Shown here: one piece after another, positions 52,007 to 64,000 of the stretch | Layout: each line of letters opens with the position of its first letter | Numbering within the stretch: position 1 is the first letter of the stretch | Assembly: GCF_963921235.1 (NCBI RefSeq) | Contig: NC_086097.1 | Coordinates: 171,556,001-171,620,000, forward strand | DNA from: Mobula hypostoma | Lineage: Eukaryota | Direction of reading: 5' to 3' | Length of the DNA stretch: 64,000 nucleotides | Made by a program: the position numbers and the translations under genes | The notes under the pieces: model-generated | Database searches by the model: none | What the model was told of the DNA's origin: nothing | The model's input: only the letters and a program-made list of their open reading frames with translations

Positions 52007-53151
52007 CAGCGGTCCCCAACCACCGGGCCCTCGAGGAAACGATATGATTTGGTGATATGAGTCAGCTGCACCTTTCCTCATTCCCTGTCATGGCCACTGT
52101 TGAGCTTGAATGCACGCATGCGTCATCCATGTCAGCGCGGGAAGGAGATCAACTCCTCGAGCTTTCAAATGACGGCAGGCTGAAAAGTATATTTGACATA
52201 ACATCTCTGCCAGCATTCTGGATCAAAGTCAAGGCTAAATATCCTGAGATAGACACGAAAGCACTGAAAAGGTTGCTTCCATTTCCAACATACCTCTGCA
52301 ATGAATGCAACGAAAACTAAATTGTGGAATAGACTGGACATAAGGAACCCTCTTCCAGTATCGCTGTCTCCCGTCACCCTTCGATGGGACCGTCTTGTTG
52401 CAGGGAAACAAGCCCAGGGCTCCCACTGATTCAGCCATATTGGTGTGTTGCAATGATTTGATATGTTCATACGGGGAAAATACGTTACTTAAAATGTTAT
52501 GATGCTATTCACTTATAAGTGACTTATATAACCATATAACCATATAACAATTACAACATGGAAACAGGCCATCTTGGCCCTTCTAGTCCGTGCCGAACGC
52601 TACTCTCACCAAGTTCCACCGACCTGCACTCAGCCCATAACCCTCCATTCCTTTCCTGTCCATATACCTATCCAATTTTTCTTTAAATGATAATATCGAA
52701 CCTGCCCCTACCACTTCTACTGGAAGTTGGTTCAATATTTACTTCAAGCTCCCCTGTCCTCCCCTGATAATTGACATATTCATGTGAGGAAAATATGCGC
52801 TGTGTGTTTAATATTAAATTTGTTAGATTACCCTTTTAGAAACGAAATTGAGTGTATTAGCCACTTATCACCTATATTCCGGTCGTGATTAACACCCCCA
52901 CCCGAACAGAATCGCCAAAAACGATTTGTAGAAAAAAATCAGCATGTACACACATGCGCACTGGTGCCCGCTCAAGGCTTCATGGTAATTGTATATTTGT
53001 AGTCTTTCTCTGGGTACACACAACATATTTGATTGCTACTCTTGTCCGTTGGCAATCCTACCCCCCCCCCCCCAACCCCGGGTCGACCTGTCTGCAAGAA
53101 TATTGTCAATAATAAACCGGTCTGTGTTGCAAAAAAGGTTGGGGACCTCTG
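52007..53151 (+). mobile_element. Non-autonomous hAT (Charlie3/MER1/OC1-like)
   Basis: TIRs cagcggtccccaacc / ggttggggacctctg (14/15); 8-bp TSD atctatag / acctatag; transposase C-terminus 'SLPAFWIKVKAKYPEIDTKALKRLLPFPT' .. 'RWDRLVAGKQAQGSH*'. Confidence 0.92.
52526..52735 (-). mobile_element. CR1 3' fragment inside the hAT
   Basis: (ttatatgg)n tail plus CR1 3' UTR (gaaacaggccat..ccgtgccgaac). Confidence 0.8.
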
Positions 53152-54314
53152 ACCTATAGTGTTTTTGAGAGGGTAACACATATATGTTAAATATACGAAA
53201 ACCACTTGCCAAATAATCAAAGAAAGACCATTATTTTGAAATCAGTTTACTTTGGATGCAGAGAACTTCATAACATTTGAGGTATTAATATGGTAGTTCT
53301 GTACATTGCCAATGGTTGCATTTCCATTAAGACAGCACTATTGGATATGGCTCAGTGGATCAAATTCTTGATCAATATTTGCCATTTTGGTAGGATTCTT
53401 ACTTTGAGGTGTTCTGCCATATTCCTACTGATTGGTAGCTTTGTGCTATTGGCTCCTTATTTTATTGCTTGAGAACAATTGAAGAGACTTGGGTATAGAA
53501 TTCCAGACTGACATTTCCATTAAGTACTATGTGAATGATCCTCCAGCAGAGGCATAGTCAAGTAGAGGTCTTACCTACTCTTTCATGTGTGTGGAGTTAG
53601 TTCTCCCAAAAGTATTTGGTCAGAACTTAGAAGATAGATACCTGGTTGAGTGCAGGGGGTCTTTATATCTTTTTTTATCTATTAAAAACTAACTTCTTAA
53701 GTGAGTATTTTTAAGTTATTGCAAATGGAGCAATTATTCACAGCCGTTCCAAAGACATTGATTTAATTCTGAGTCAGACATAATTCTGAAAGGCATAGTT
53801 ATGGATTCTTTTTAATAAAAAGCAGATGTCAGGTACTTAAAGAGATGAACAGCCAGATCAAAGAGTGATCAATGAAATTGTACAGAGGGACAGAGAGTGA
53901 TGGGCAACATAGAAGGGAAAGAGAGAAACAGTAGACGACTCAGTCTCCTCTACCCTAACATTAGTTTATTATTGTCACATGTGTTAAGATACAGTGAGAA
54001 GATTTTGCCTTGCATACAATCAGATCATAATATAAATAGAACTTAGGTAGAAAATAGAACTTAGAATGCAGAATTTAGTACTACAGTGACAAAGAAAGTG
54101 CAGTAGCCACAACGAGGTAGATTGGGAGATCAAAACTTTGTCCTTTAGTGTATTTGAGATCCATTCAAGTAGGGGGAATAGATGTTGTCCTTAAGTATGG
54201 TGATTTGTGTGGTTAGCCGCTTATATACTCTGCCTGACAAGAGAAGAGAGAAGAGTGGATGCTTGGGGTGGGAGGTTTCTTTGATTATACGGGCTGCTTT
54301 TCTGCAGTAAGCAG

Positions 54315-54862
54315 CAGTTTTGGTCTCCTCATCTAAGAAAAGATGTGCTGGCATTGGAAAACATTCAGAGGAGGTTCACAAGGACAATTTCCTCAATAAA
54401 AGGGTTATCATACAAGGAACATTTGATGGCTCTGGGTCTGGACTCACTGGAATGTTGAAGGATGAGGGGTGATCTCATTGAAACCTTTCAAATGTTGAAA
54501 GGCCTAGACAGAGTAGATGTGAAAAGGATATTTCCCATGGTGGGGAAGTCTAGGACAAGAAGGCACAGCCTCAGGATAGAGGGCCATCCATTTAAAACAG
54601 AGATAAGGAGAAATTTCTTTAGCCAGGGGATGGTGAATTTGTGGAATTTATTACCACATGCAGCTGTGAAGGCCAGGTTTTTGGGTGTTTTTTAAGGCAG
54701 AGTTTGATAGGTTCTTTATTGGACACAGCATCAAAGGTTACGGGGAGAAGGCCAGGGAGTGGGACTGAGGAGGGGGAAAAAGGATCAGCCATGACGAAAT
54801 GGTGGAGCAGGCTCGATGGGCCAAATGGCCTAATTCTGCTTGTATGTCTTATGGTCTTATGG
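54315..54862 (+). mobile_element. CR1 3' fragment nested in a Rex1-like remnant (about 53960-55180)
   Basis: 'MRGDLIETFQMLKGLDRVDV..NFFSQGMVNLWNLLP'; (tcttatgg)n tail. Confidence 0.88.
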
Positions 54863-56009
54863 TGTAGATAGAGAGAATGGGAGGAGGGGACGCTGGTTTT
54901 TATGATGGACTATACTGAGTTTACAACTTCTGCCATTTCATATGGTATTGCACAGTGCAGATTTAATGCTAGGCTTTGATGCAACTGGATAGATGTTTCC
55001 TGAAGTGCACCTATAATCTTGCAGAGCCATTTGGGGACATGCCTTATTTCATTAGTCTTCTGAGGAAGTGGATATATAGGTATGCTTTTTAGGCCATATC
55101 ATACGTGTTGCTGGATCAGGAAAGCTAATAGGTTAGTTATACCTTGAAGCTCTCAACCATCTCCACCTTGGTACCATTGAACTGGAATTCAGAACTGATG
55201 TATTATTGTCACATGTTCTGAGATGCAATGAAAGCTTGTCTTGCATACTGTTCATACAGATCAAATCATTACACAGTGCATTGAGACAGAACAAGGTAAA
55301 ACAATAACAAGGCAGAGTAAAGAGTAAAAGCTACAGGGAAAGAGCAGTGCAAATAAACAGCAAGTTGCAAGCTCAGACAGAGTCATGTACGCCACTCATT
55401 TCCAAAAGAAAATGGCCAGCTCTTTTGACTTGTGCCAGTTCATTTTCTGACAAGGTTAACCTCATTGAGATAGGCAATGAGACAAAGCAGAAAATAACCT
55501 AAGTTCAAGCAAGAAAATGGTTGAATGCTGGCCTCATCTTATTCGGAGTATTTCCTCTTAAAAAATAATTCTTGTCAAAATATCAAAATGCTGAATAAAA
55601 GGTAACAAAAATGACATTGTTGCCAATCAAGGTCTGTGGACAGAAAAACAATGATAGGAACAGCAGGGAAAAGGACAGCTAGACCCTGCTTCTCTGCACT
55701 CAGATAAAATTAGGCAGTCCAATCACTGCATGTGCATTAAATCCTGTGCATGGGTTGACTGGGTTCCATTGAAGCAGAGACTATCAGAGTTGGAAGTTAC
55801 AGACTCTTGCTGTGACCAACACAGTTGGAAAGAAATTGACTGAGCTTGTGAGCGAGGGTGTGGAAGAGAAGGTAGACTTCTCCACGCAGTTAAATTATGC
55901 ATCCTTTAAAAACTGTAAAATTCTGTCAGTTACATATGATATTGCTGATTTATTCCTGTATAGATTTGATCCTTATGGCTTATCAGGAATGAAATGACAT
56001 TATCATTAG

Positions 56010-56270
56010 TGTCGTAGAGTTATACAGCACAGAAACAGACCATTTAGCCCAACTTGTCCATGCTGACCAAGATTTCATTTAAGCAAGCTCCATTTACCAG
56101 TGTTTGGCCTGTATCCTCCTAAACCTTTCCTGTCTATGTACCTGTCCGAGAGAATTTTAGAAGTTGGTATTTTACCTGCCTCAACCACTTGCTTCGGCAG
56201 CTCATTCCACAGGGATACCACTCTTTGTGTAAAAATGCTGCCTCGGAAGTGCCGATTAAACGTCTTCCTA
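56010..56270 (-). mobile_element. CR1 3' fragment
   Basis: 'IFTQRVVSLWNELPKQVVEAG'. Confidence 0.75.
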
Positions 56271-57129
56271 AATTTAACCAAGTTGCCCCTTGGCTCTCTA
56301 TACCTACCCACGTACTTGTCTAAGTTTGGACCAAAGAGCTGAATCCCAAAGGTGGGAGCAAGTGCACTTAACATCTAGGCAGGAGCTGACCAAATACAGT
56401 GGCTAGAGTAAGTGGTCTTTTCTCCCAGGTTGGGGAAGCAAAGACTAGAAGACAAAGTACAGAATCAAACCCAGAATCAAGTTTATTATTGCTGACATAG
56501 TTTAAGAAATGTGTTTTAGAGGCAGCAGCAATGAAAAGACATAAAATTACTAAAAATTACAAAATAAATTATAAAAATTCCACAAAAGCAATAATGATGT
56601 AGTGTTCATGGGTTCATGAACTGTTCAGAAATCTGATGGTGGAGGGTAAGAAACTATTCCTAAAACGTGTGTGTACTTTCATGCTCCTGTACCTCCTCAC
56701 AGATGGTAGTCATGAGAAGAGGGTATGTCCTGGGCGGTGACTCTCCTGGTTGAGTCTACAATCTTCTGCTGTCTCTTTTGATATAGGAAAAAGTTTAGTA
56801 TGAAATTGAGGGGCAACTTTTTTGAATACAGTGAGTGATAGATCTATGGAACCAACTGCCAAGTGGTTAAGGCAAGTATATTAGACACATTGATTAAGTT
56901 TGTGATCAGGCCTATAGACGCCAATAGGTGTCAAGTGCTAGGAAATGGAATAGTTTGAAACAAACAAACAAACAAATAATTAAATAAATATAATTTTATT
57001 TTTAATTAATTAATTAATTTACACATGTACATTTTGGTCAGCATGGACATGTGAACATGTATGGGCCAAAGAGCCTTTTTTTATATTGTGTGAACCAATG
57101 ACTTTAGGTCAGTAGCATCTAAAGTGCTC

Positions 57130-58470
57130 CAGCAGTTGGAGACATTCCTTGTCAAAAGAAAGATATCTGTGGTAGTCAGATATCAATTATCCCAGTCCCA
57201 GGACATCACAGCAATGGTTCCTTGTACCAGTGCCCTGGACAAAACAGTCTTCAGCTGTTTCCTTCATGACCTTCCTTCATCAAGAGATCAGAATTGTAGA
57301 TGTTCGCACAAATTTCAGTTCCATTCCCAGCTCCTCATTTACTGAAGCAGTCTATTCCGAATGACTTGGAGAATATTCAAGCATGGACCGATAAGCACAA
57401 AGTATCATTCACATCACAGCAATGCCAGGAATTCTGGATCTAACCACCTACCCATAGCATTCAGTGGCATTGGAATCACTGAGTCTCTCATCATCAACAT
57501 CCTCCAGGAAAAGGGAAAGAGTAGACTATTATTTAAATAGCAAAAAATTGCACCATGCTGCTGTGCAGAGGGACTCGGGAGTGTTTGTGCGTGAATCACA
57601 AAAGGTTTGCAGGTGCAGCAGGCTATCAAGAAGGCAAAAGGAATGTTGGCCTTCATTGCTAGAGGGATTGAATTTAAGAGCAGGGAGGTTATGCTGCAAC
57701 TGTACAGAGTACTGGTGAGGTTGCATCTGAAGTAATGTATGCAGTTCTGCTCTCCTTACTTGAAGGAGGATATACTGGCTTTGGAGGCGGTGCAGAGGAG
57801 GTTCACCAGGTTGATTCCAGAGCTATAGGGGTTTGACTATGAGGAGGGATTGGGTTGCCTGAGAATTCAGAAGAATGAGAGGAGATCTTATAAAAACATA
57901 TAAAATTATGCAAGGGATAGATAAGATAGAGACAAGAATGTTGTTTCCATTGGTAGGTGAGATGAAAACTAGGGGACATAGCCTCAAGATTCGGGGGAGT
58001 AGATTTAGGGCAGAGATGAGGAGGAACTGCTTTTCCCAGAGCTTGGTGAATCTGTGGAATTCTCTGCCCAATGAAGCAGTGGAGGTTACTTCAGAAAATA
58101 TATTCAAGGCAAGGTTGGATAGATTTTAGATTTTCTCATAGTAGGGGTGTTAAGGGTTATGGGGAAAAGGCAGATAAGTGGAGATGAGTCCATGGCCAGA
58201 TCAGCCATGATCTTATTGAATGGCAGTGCAGGCTCGACAGGCCAGATGTCCGACTCCCACTCCTATTTCTTATGTTCTTATGTCCAAGTCACCAATGACT
58301 GAAAGGCCAACAGGACTGGCCAGGTAGATACTAAGGTTACTCTAGATCAGGTCAGATGTTGGGTATCCTGCAGAAAATGACAACTCCTCTTGGCACTGCA
58401 AAGATTATCCACCATCTGCAAGGCATGAAACTATTTGCACCACTTGCTTGGACGATGATTGTTCCAATAG
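57130..58470 (+). mobile_element. Ancient CR1/L2-type RT remnant interrupted by a younger CR1
   Basis: Decayed 'VP..SALD.TVFSCFLHDLPS..MFA' (GVPQGSVLGP..INDL..FADD region). Confidence 0.5.
57508..58283 (+). mobile_element. 5'-truncated CR1
   Basis: 'MLAFIARGIEFKSREVMLQLYRVLVR', 'MRGDLIKTYKIMQGID'; (tcttatgt)n tail. Confidence 0.88.
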
Positions 58471-59089
58471 GTTCTTGATTGGTAAGGGGGTTAATAGTTA
58501 TGAGGAGAAGGCAGTAAAATGGGGGTCAAAATTAATAATCTATAATTGAATGGAAGAGCAGACTTGATAGGTTCCTATAACTCATAGTCTTATAAGCTAA
58601 CAACTCTCAGAATGCTCAACGTCATCCAGAGCAATGCAGCTTATTAGGTTGGCAAGAATCAATTACCTTTATAAGAGTACCTGACCATTGCCTACTTCAA
58701 GCAGTTAGGAAGAGACAATAAATGATTTGATTTTTATGAACTCATTTTTTTACCATGCGTCCCTTGGACTTTAAGAGTCAACAAACAGCCTTCTAGATCC
58801 ACAAATGTTAAGGTTGGGGTAAATTTGATTTTTGACAGGTTGTCTAGTCAATATAGTTCATTCAGGAAAATCTAGCTCTTAAAACTGAGTGGACAGTCCA
58901 GTCTGAGAATTCATTGCAGGTGATTTGGGGAAAGATGCAACAATTCCAATATTCCAAGAACTGAATAAAGGGTCATCTCAATGGAATATCTAGTGAGCAT
59001 ACTTAGGAAACACGTAAGTAACATGTAAAAACAATGACTTTTGAAGAGGCAACAGTAATGTTAAGCTAGGATTTCATATACTTCATTGA

Positions 59090-59703
59090 AGGGTCAATGT
59101 TGGAAAAAGTCAGCAGCATCACATTCCTAGGTGTCAACATCTCAGAAAATCTGTCCTGGGTCACCACATTGATGCAATCATGAAGAAGGTGTGCCAGCTG
59201 CGTGACTTCACTAGAAGTCTGAGGGGTTTGGTATATCACCAAATACTCCAGCAAATTTGTATAGGTGTACAGTTGGTAACATTCTGACTGATTGCATCAC
59301 AGACTGATATGGAGTCTCCAAGGTGATGGATCAAAGAGGCTGCAGAGGGTTCCATCAAAGGCATAGCGCTCCCCACCATTGAGGACGCTTCAAAGGATAG
59401 TGCCTTAAGAAGGCAACTTCCAGCATTAAGGATCCCAACCATCCAGGAAATGCCCTCTTCTCATTACTATCATCAAGGAGAAAGAATGGGAGGCTCAAGA
59501 CCCATACTCAATGATTTAGGAGCAGCTTCCTCCCCTCTTCCATCAGTTTTTGGAATGGTTCATATCCATCTTTTGCGCGGTATATTTACTTGGTTCTACT
59601 AGAACCTATAGTATATTTTATGTTTTCAACTGTACTGCTGCCACAGAACAACAAATTTTACAGCATATGTCAGTGAGAATACACTGGATTCTGATTCTGA
59701 ATC
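59090..59703 (+). mobile_element. Rex1-like 3' fragment
   Basis: 'VSSITFLGVNISENLSW', 'YRCTVGNILTDCIT'; (gattct)n tail. Confidence 0.75.
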
Positions 59704-61158
59704 AGGAGTCCACTCAGGAAGATCTACCTCTGAAAACTGACTAGATGGTCTTGTATGAAAATTTACGGCTCATGATATGGGAAAGATGCAAAAATAATCT
59801 TTTTGTATCTGAATTTACTGCATTTAACATATCACATGAGGGTTTCCTGAGTATGCTCACTTGACCTTCTACTGAAGCACAACTTTAATCCAGTTCTTGG
59901 GAAACACACATGTGATGGGTTGAACACAATTATTTTTAAAAGGGCAACAGCGGTGTTAAATATGGATATTTATGCTCCTGTGTGGAATTCTGTGCTATGC
60001 CTTCAAACATTATTGCAACAATTCCTACAGTCAAATGGTCTTTGGAATCAATTCTACTGAAAGCTGAGTTTATTGTTCTCCAATTCCACAAGTCTGCTAG
60101 TGATAACACTCACATCTCTCGACACATGATCTGCCTCTAAACTGTCAAATTTCTAATCTCAGATTAGACAGGCAGGACAGAGTCAAAGAGTCATACAACA
60201 GAGAATCAGGCCTTCAGCACAATGCATCTATGCAAACCATAGTGCCTACCTGAGTGACCGCCATTTTCCCATGTCTGTGAGACGCTGCCTGAGTTATCCA
60301 CTGTTTTCTGCCTACGCTTCATTATAAAGGGTTGACCATTTCAGATTGGCATCAGAAGGAATTTCTTCACCCATAAGGTAGTGAATTTTTGCAATTCCTT
60401 GCCCATAAGGGTTACAGTAACCCATACAAGGCAGATGTTAATAGATTTTTATATTGATATTAATAAGACAAACATTTCTGGTATTAGTGCGGGGAAGTGT
60501 CCCTTTGGAGAAAGATCAACCATAAACTTATGGATAGTAGAATTGGCATGCTGGGCCATATCACCTGCACCTGCTTCTGTTTCTTAAGAGCTGGTGAGCT
60601 GGTGTAGATTACAGTAATCTAAGAATTGGTGCAAAGTTAATATCATATTTGAAGCACAAGAAACTACAGATACTAGAATCTGCAACAACATGCAAAACAA
60701 TGGAGGAATTCAAGAGGCCAGCAGCCTCTATCAAAGGAGAGGGACAGTCAATGTTTTGAAAGAAAAAGGGGAGCTGACCAGTATAACTTGGAATCAGAAT
60801 CAGGTTTATTATCACCAGCATGTCATGAAATTTGGTGGCAGAAGTACTGTGCAATGCATAAAACTTACTATCAGTTACAAACAAACAACAGATAGAAAGA
60901 TAGCGCAAAAGATGAATAATCAAGTAGTACTAATCAGTCAGTAAACCATTCAGATGTTTGGAAATCTGATGTTGTATGGGAAGAAGTTACTTCTGTGAGT
61001 ATTCAGACTTCTGTTTCTCCTCTCCTATTATAATTATGAGAAAGAGTACATCCCGGATGCTGAGGATTCTTAAAGATGGATACCATCACCTTGAGACACT
61101 GCCATTTGAAAATGTCCTTAATGCTGTGGTGGGATGTGCCCCAGATGATGCTGACTGA

Positions 61159-62044
61159 GGCTACGTCCACACTAGACTGGATAATTTTGAAAACGGCGGT
61201 TTTGAGTAAAAACGACAGGCGTCCACACTAGGCATTTTTCAAAATATCTCTGTCCATATTAAAACGGTTATTTGGGCAAATCTACTCCTACTGGGCATGC
61301 AGAAAACAAGCGAAGAGGACATGGTATAATATTTACGTATTTGTGGCAGCATTGTGCTATTTCAATTGGTGAAAAACTAGAGTACCAACAGCAATAGCAA
61401 AAGAAAGTTTTCAACAATGTCTTCGAGGAATACAAAGAAAACCTCCGCTGGAAAAAGCAGACCGGACTTCTTCGTTTGGACAGACAATGAAGTCGAGCTG
61501 TTTCTGCGAGTTACAAACGACTACAAAGTCAGCAAAGCAGTGGAGAACATGGAGGTGTTTAACTTCAAACAAGCTATTAACGTAGACAATAAAGTAAACA
61601 ACACACGCATGAAGCCGTCCTCTACTCAAGATCAACAAGAGAGTGGAATCTTCTGCCGCCAGACCTGCGCAGTATTTCTGACATTAATATTTTTAAAGAT
61701 AGACTCAATCAAATCAATTTAGGAGATCTAGTCAAAAAAGCTCACTTTACAATTTAACTCTCACGCCGTTTACACTGACTGAGCATTATAACAGCCATTG
61801 CCAAGCAGAAGCAGAAAAAGCATTGTTGTTGTGGTGTTGTCATGACAGCATTTTAAAATATCTCTGTTTACCCCGTACACACTACAACACGCAACAATCA
61901 TTTTCAAATATACACACTCTGGAGAGTGTTTTAGAAAAGCTCCATTTTCGGGGGTTGAAAATGCTGTTTCAATGTGGACGGAGGGTCAAAACGAAGAGAA
62001 AAAGCTTCGTTTTCAGAATTATCCGGCGTAGTGTGGACGTAGCC
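61159..62044 (+). mobile_element. Non-autonomous PIF/Harbinger DNA transposon
   Basis: About 37-bp TIRs, first 16 bp perfect (ggctacgtccacacta / tagtgtggacgtagcc); 3-bp TSD TGA; inserted in a Rex1-like remnant (about 60790-62180). Confidence 0.92.
61417..61722 (+). pseudogene. Truncated Harbinger Myb/SANT-like DNA-binding protein ORF
   Basis: 'FFVWTDNEVELFLRVTNDYKVSKAVEN' resembles helix 1 of Myb/SANT-like domains; remainder not recognisable. Confidence 0.6.
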
Positions 62045-62919
62045 TGAGTCTACAAACCCTGCAGTGGAGCCTCCATACCAGGTTATAATTCTGATCAGAA
62101 TGCTGTCTACTATACATCTGTAGACCTTTGCTAGAGTGTTTGGTGATGTACTAAATCTCCTCAGACTTCTCAAGCAGAGGGAAGGGTTGTAGCAAAATCT
62201 AGCAGTTGATTGCTGGATCCAAGTGAGGGGGATGATGGGCAGATAAGGGAATGATGACAGAGGGAGGAAGAAATCATTCCTATTCTTCACCCCTCCTTCA
62301 TTTACCAACTCTTGCTCCACTCCTTCCCTTCACCTCTTTATATTGGCTATCTAATCTCTTTATTGCAGCCCAGCTGGAAAGTCATTACTCAAAACAATAA
62401 TTATCTATTTCCCTCTTGTAAAAGTTACTTTATATACATTTTTGGTCAACTCAAAATTTTTTGTGTCAAACCATTTCCATTCACAAAACCACTTTGAATC
62501 ATATCACCATGAAATAGCACTCCAAAATCAACACTGCAAGATGAAATTACACACGATCTAATCATACGTTTAACCAACAGCTCTGCCTGCGGCATTTTCA
62601 TGCCAAATGAATGCATCTTTCCTTCAGACCTTTTCATGGAGATGTTGGTTTCAGGCAATAAATCCAGGTACTCTTACTGTATATTACACCTATAAATTAT
62701 TTATATGTTCTTCTTTATTTTAGATCTTTTTTTTACTCTCCAGTAGGCGAGAACAGAAGAGAAGGTCCAGATGGGTCAGGTACCAGGAGAGACTAGATGT
62801 CACAATGGTGCTGGGAGCAGCTTTAAAAGTCTGGGGAAGGCTCTTGAACTACAGAAGGCAATTCTGGTGGTAGTATAAGTAGAAGGTTAAAAAAAAACCC
62901 TGTAAAATAAACAGGGGAA

Positions 62920-63305
62920 TCATAGTTATAGAATTACAGAGTACTACAGCATAGAAACAGGCCCTTCGGCCCATCTAATCATACCAACAATTTTCTGCCT
63001 AGTCCTATCTACACCCACCTGGAGCATATCCCACCAAATCCCTCCCATCCATGTACTAATCCAAACCTTTCTTAAATATTATAAATGAAATCACATCTAT
63101 CATTTCTGTTGGCAACTTCTTCCATACTCACACTACCATCTGAGTTTCCCTTCAGATTCTTCTCAAATATTTCGCCCTCCACGCTAAAATTATGACCTCC
63201 TGTTGTAGTCTTGTTCAAGTTATGGGGAAAAAATTTGCTTGTACTGACCCTGTCTATACGCTCATAATTTTGTATACTGCTGTAAGATCTCTCCTTATTC
63301 TCATG
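62920..63305 (-). mobile_element. CR1 3' fragment
   Basis: Homologous to 16572-16960 (actacagcatagaaacaggccc). Confidence 0.75.
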
Positions 63306-63599
63306 TGCACCAGCGACTCTTGTCACAGCTGCCACAGAGAATGGGTGCAGTCGTAGGCAAGCAGCTGAAAGAAGGGTCTTTTTAACCTTGCAGTTTCTTA
63401 ACTCGACCCACAATGCTTCTATATTTTCTGATCCTATATCACCTCTTTCTTAAAATTTGATTTCATTTTTACCAACAGAGCCATCCCATCACTTTGCTTA
63501 CTTGCCTGTCCTTTCGAAACAATACGTATGCTTGGAAGTTAAGCTTCTAATTACTATCTTCTTTCAGGCACTTTCTTCCAACCATGATCATTTTTTTTT

Positions 63600-63945
63600 C
63601 CCTGTGGTGGATTGGGCTGTATCCATTACTTTTCAGAGGCTCTTTTATTCTTGTGCATTTGTATTTCCATACCAGGCCGTGATGCAACTAGTCAGGATAC
63701 TCTCCACTGTGCATCTATAGAAATTCGTCAAAGTTTTTGATGGTATGCTGAATCTATACAAACTTCTAAGAAAGTAGAGGTGCTGTGTGCCATCTTTGTA
63801 CTGGCACTTACATGCTGGTCACAGGACAGATCTTCTGATATGATAATGCCAAGGATTTTGAATTTGCTGACCCTCTCCACCCTTGATCTCCTAATTTGGA
63901 CTAGCTCATAGATCTCTGGTTTTCTCCTCTTACAGTCAATAATGA
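63600..63945 (-). mobile_element. Rex1-like fragment
   Basis: Collinear with 19050-19370. Confidence 0.7.
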
Positions 63946-64000
63946 TGTCTGATCAATAATGATGGGTGATTGTGATTGATTTTAGGAGGAAGCGGACGGT

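Overview
Eukaryotic, vertebrate-type DNA (AT-rich, CpG-depleted) dominated by transposable-element debris. The repeat mix is many CR1 LINEs with 8-bp microsatellite tails, Rex1/Babar fragments, tRNA-derived HE1-like SINEs and Penelope-derived palindromes. This is most consistent with an intron or intergenic region of a cartilaginous fish, probably a ray (inference, no database search run). No host protein-coding gene is recognisable, and all long ORFs are broken TE ORFs or their antisense shadows. Clearly bounded elements: several CR1s (one near full length and chimeric), a Rex1, two hAT/Charlie-Buster elements, a PIF/Harbinger element, an R4/Dong fragment and two solo-LTR candidates. The most interesting signals are (i) a dispersed family of short Penelope-derived elements carrying minimal type I hammerhead-ribozyme cores, often as head-to-head hairpins, (ii) a 55-bp minisatellite built from the last codons of a Penelope GIY-YIG ORF and split by a CR1, and (iii) a Dong element inserted in a (TAA)n tract inside another retroposon. 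Coordinates of old, degenerate fragments are approximate.
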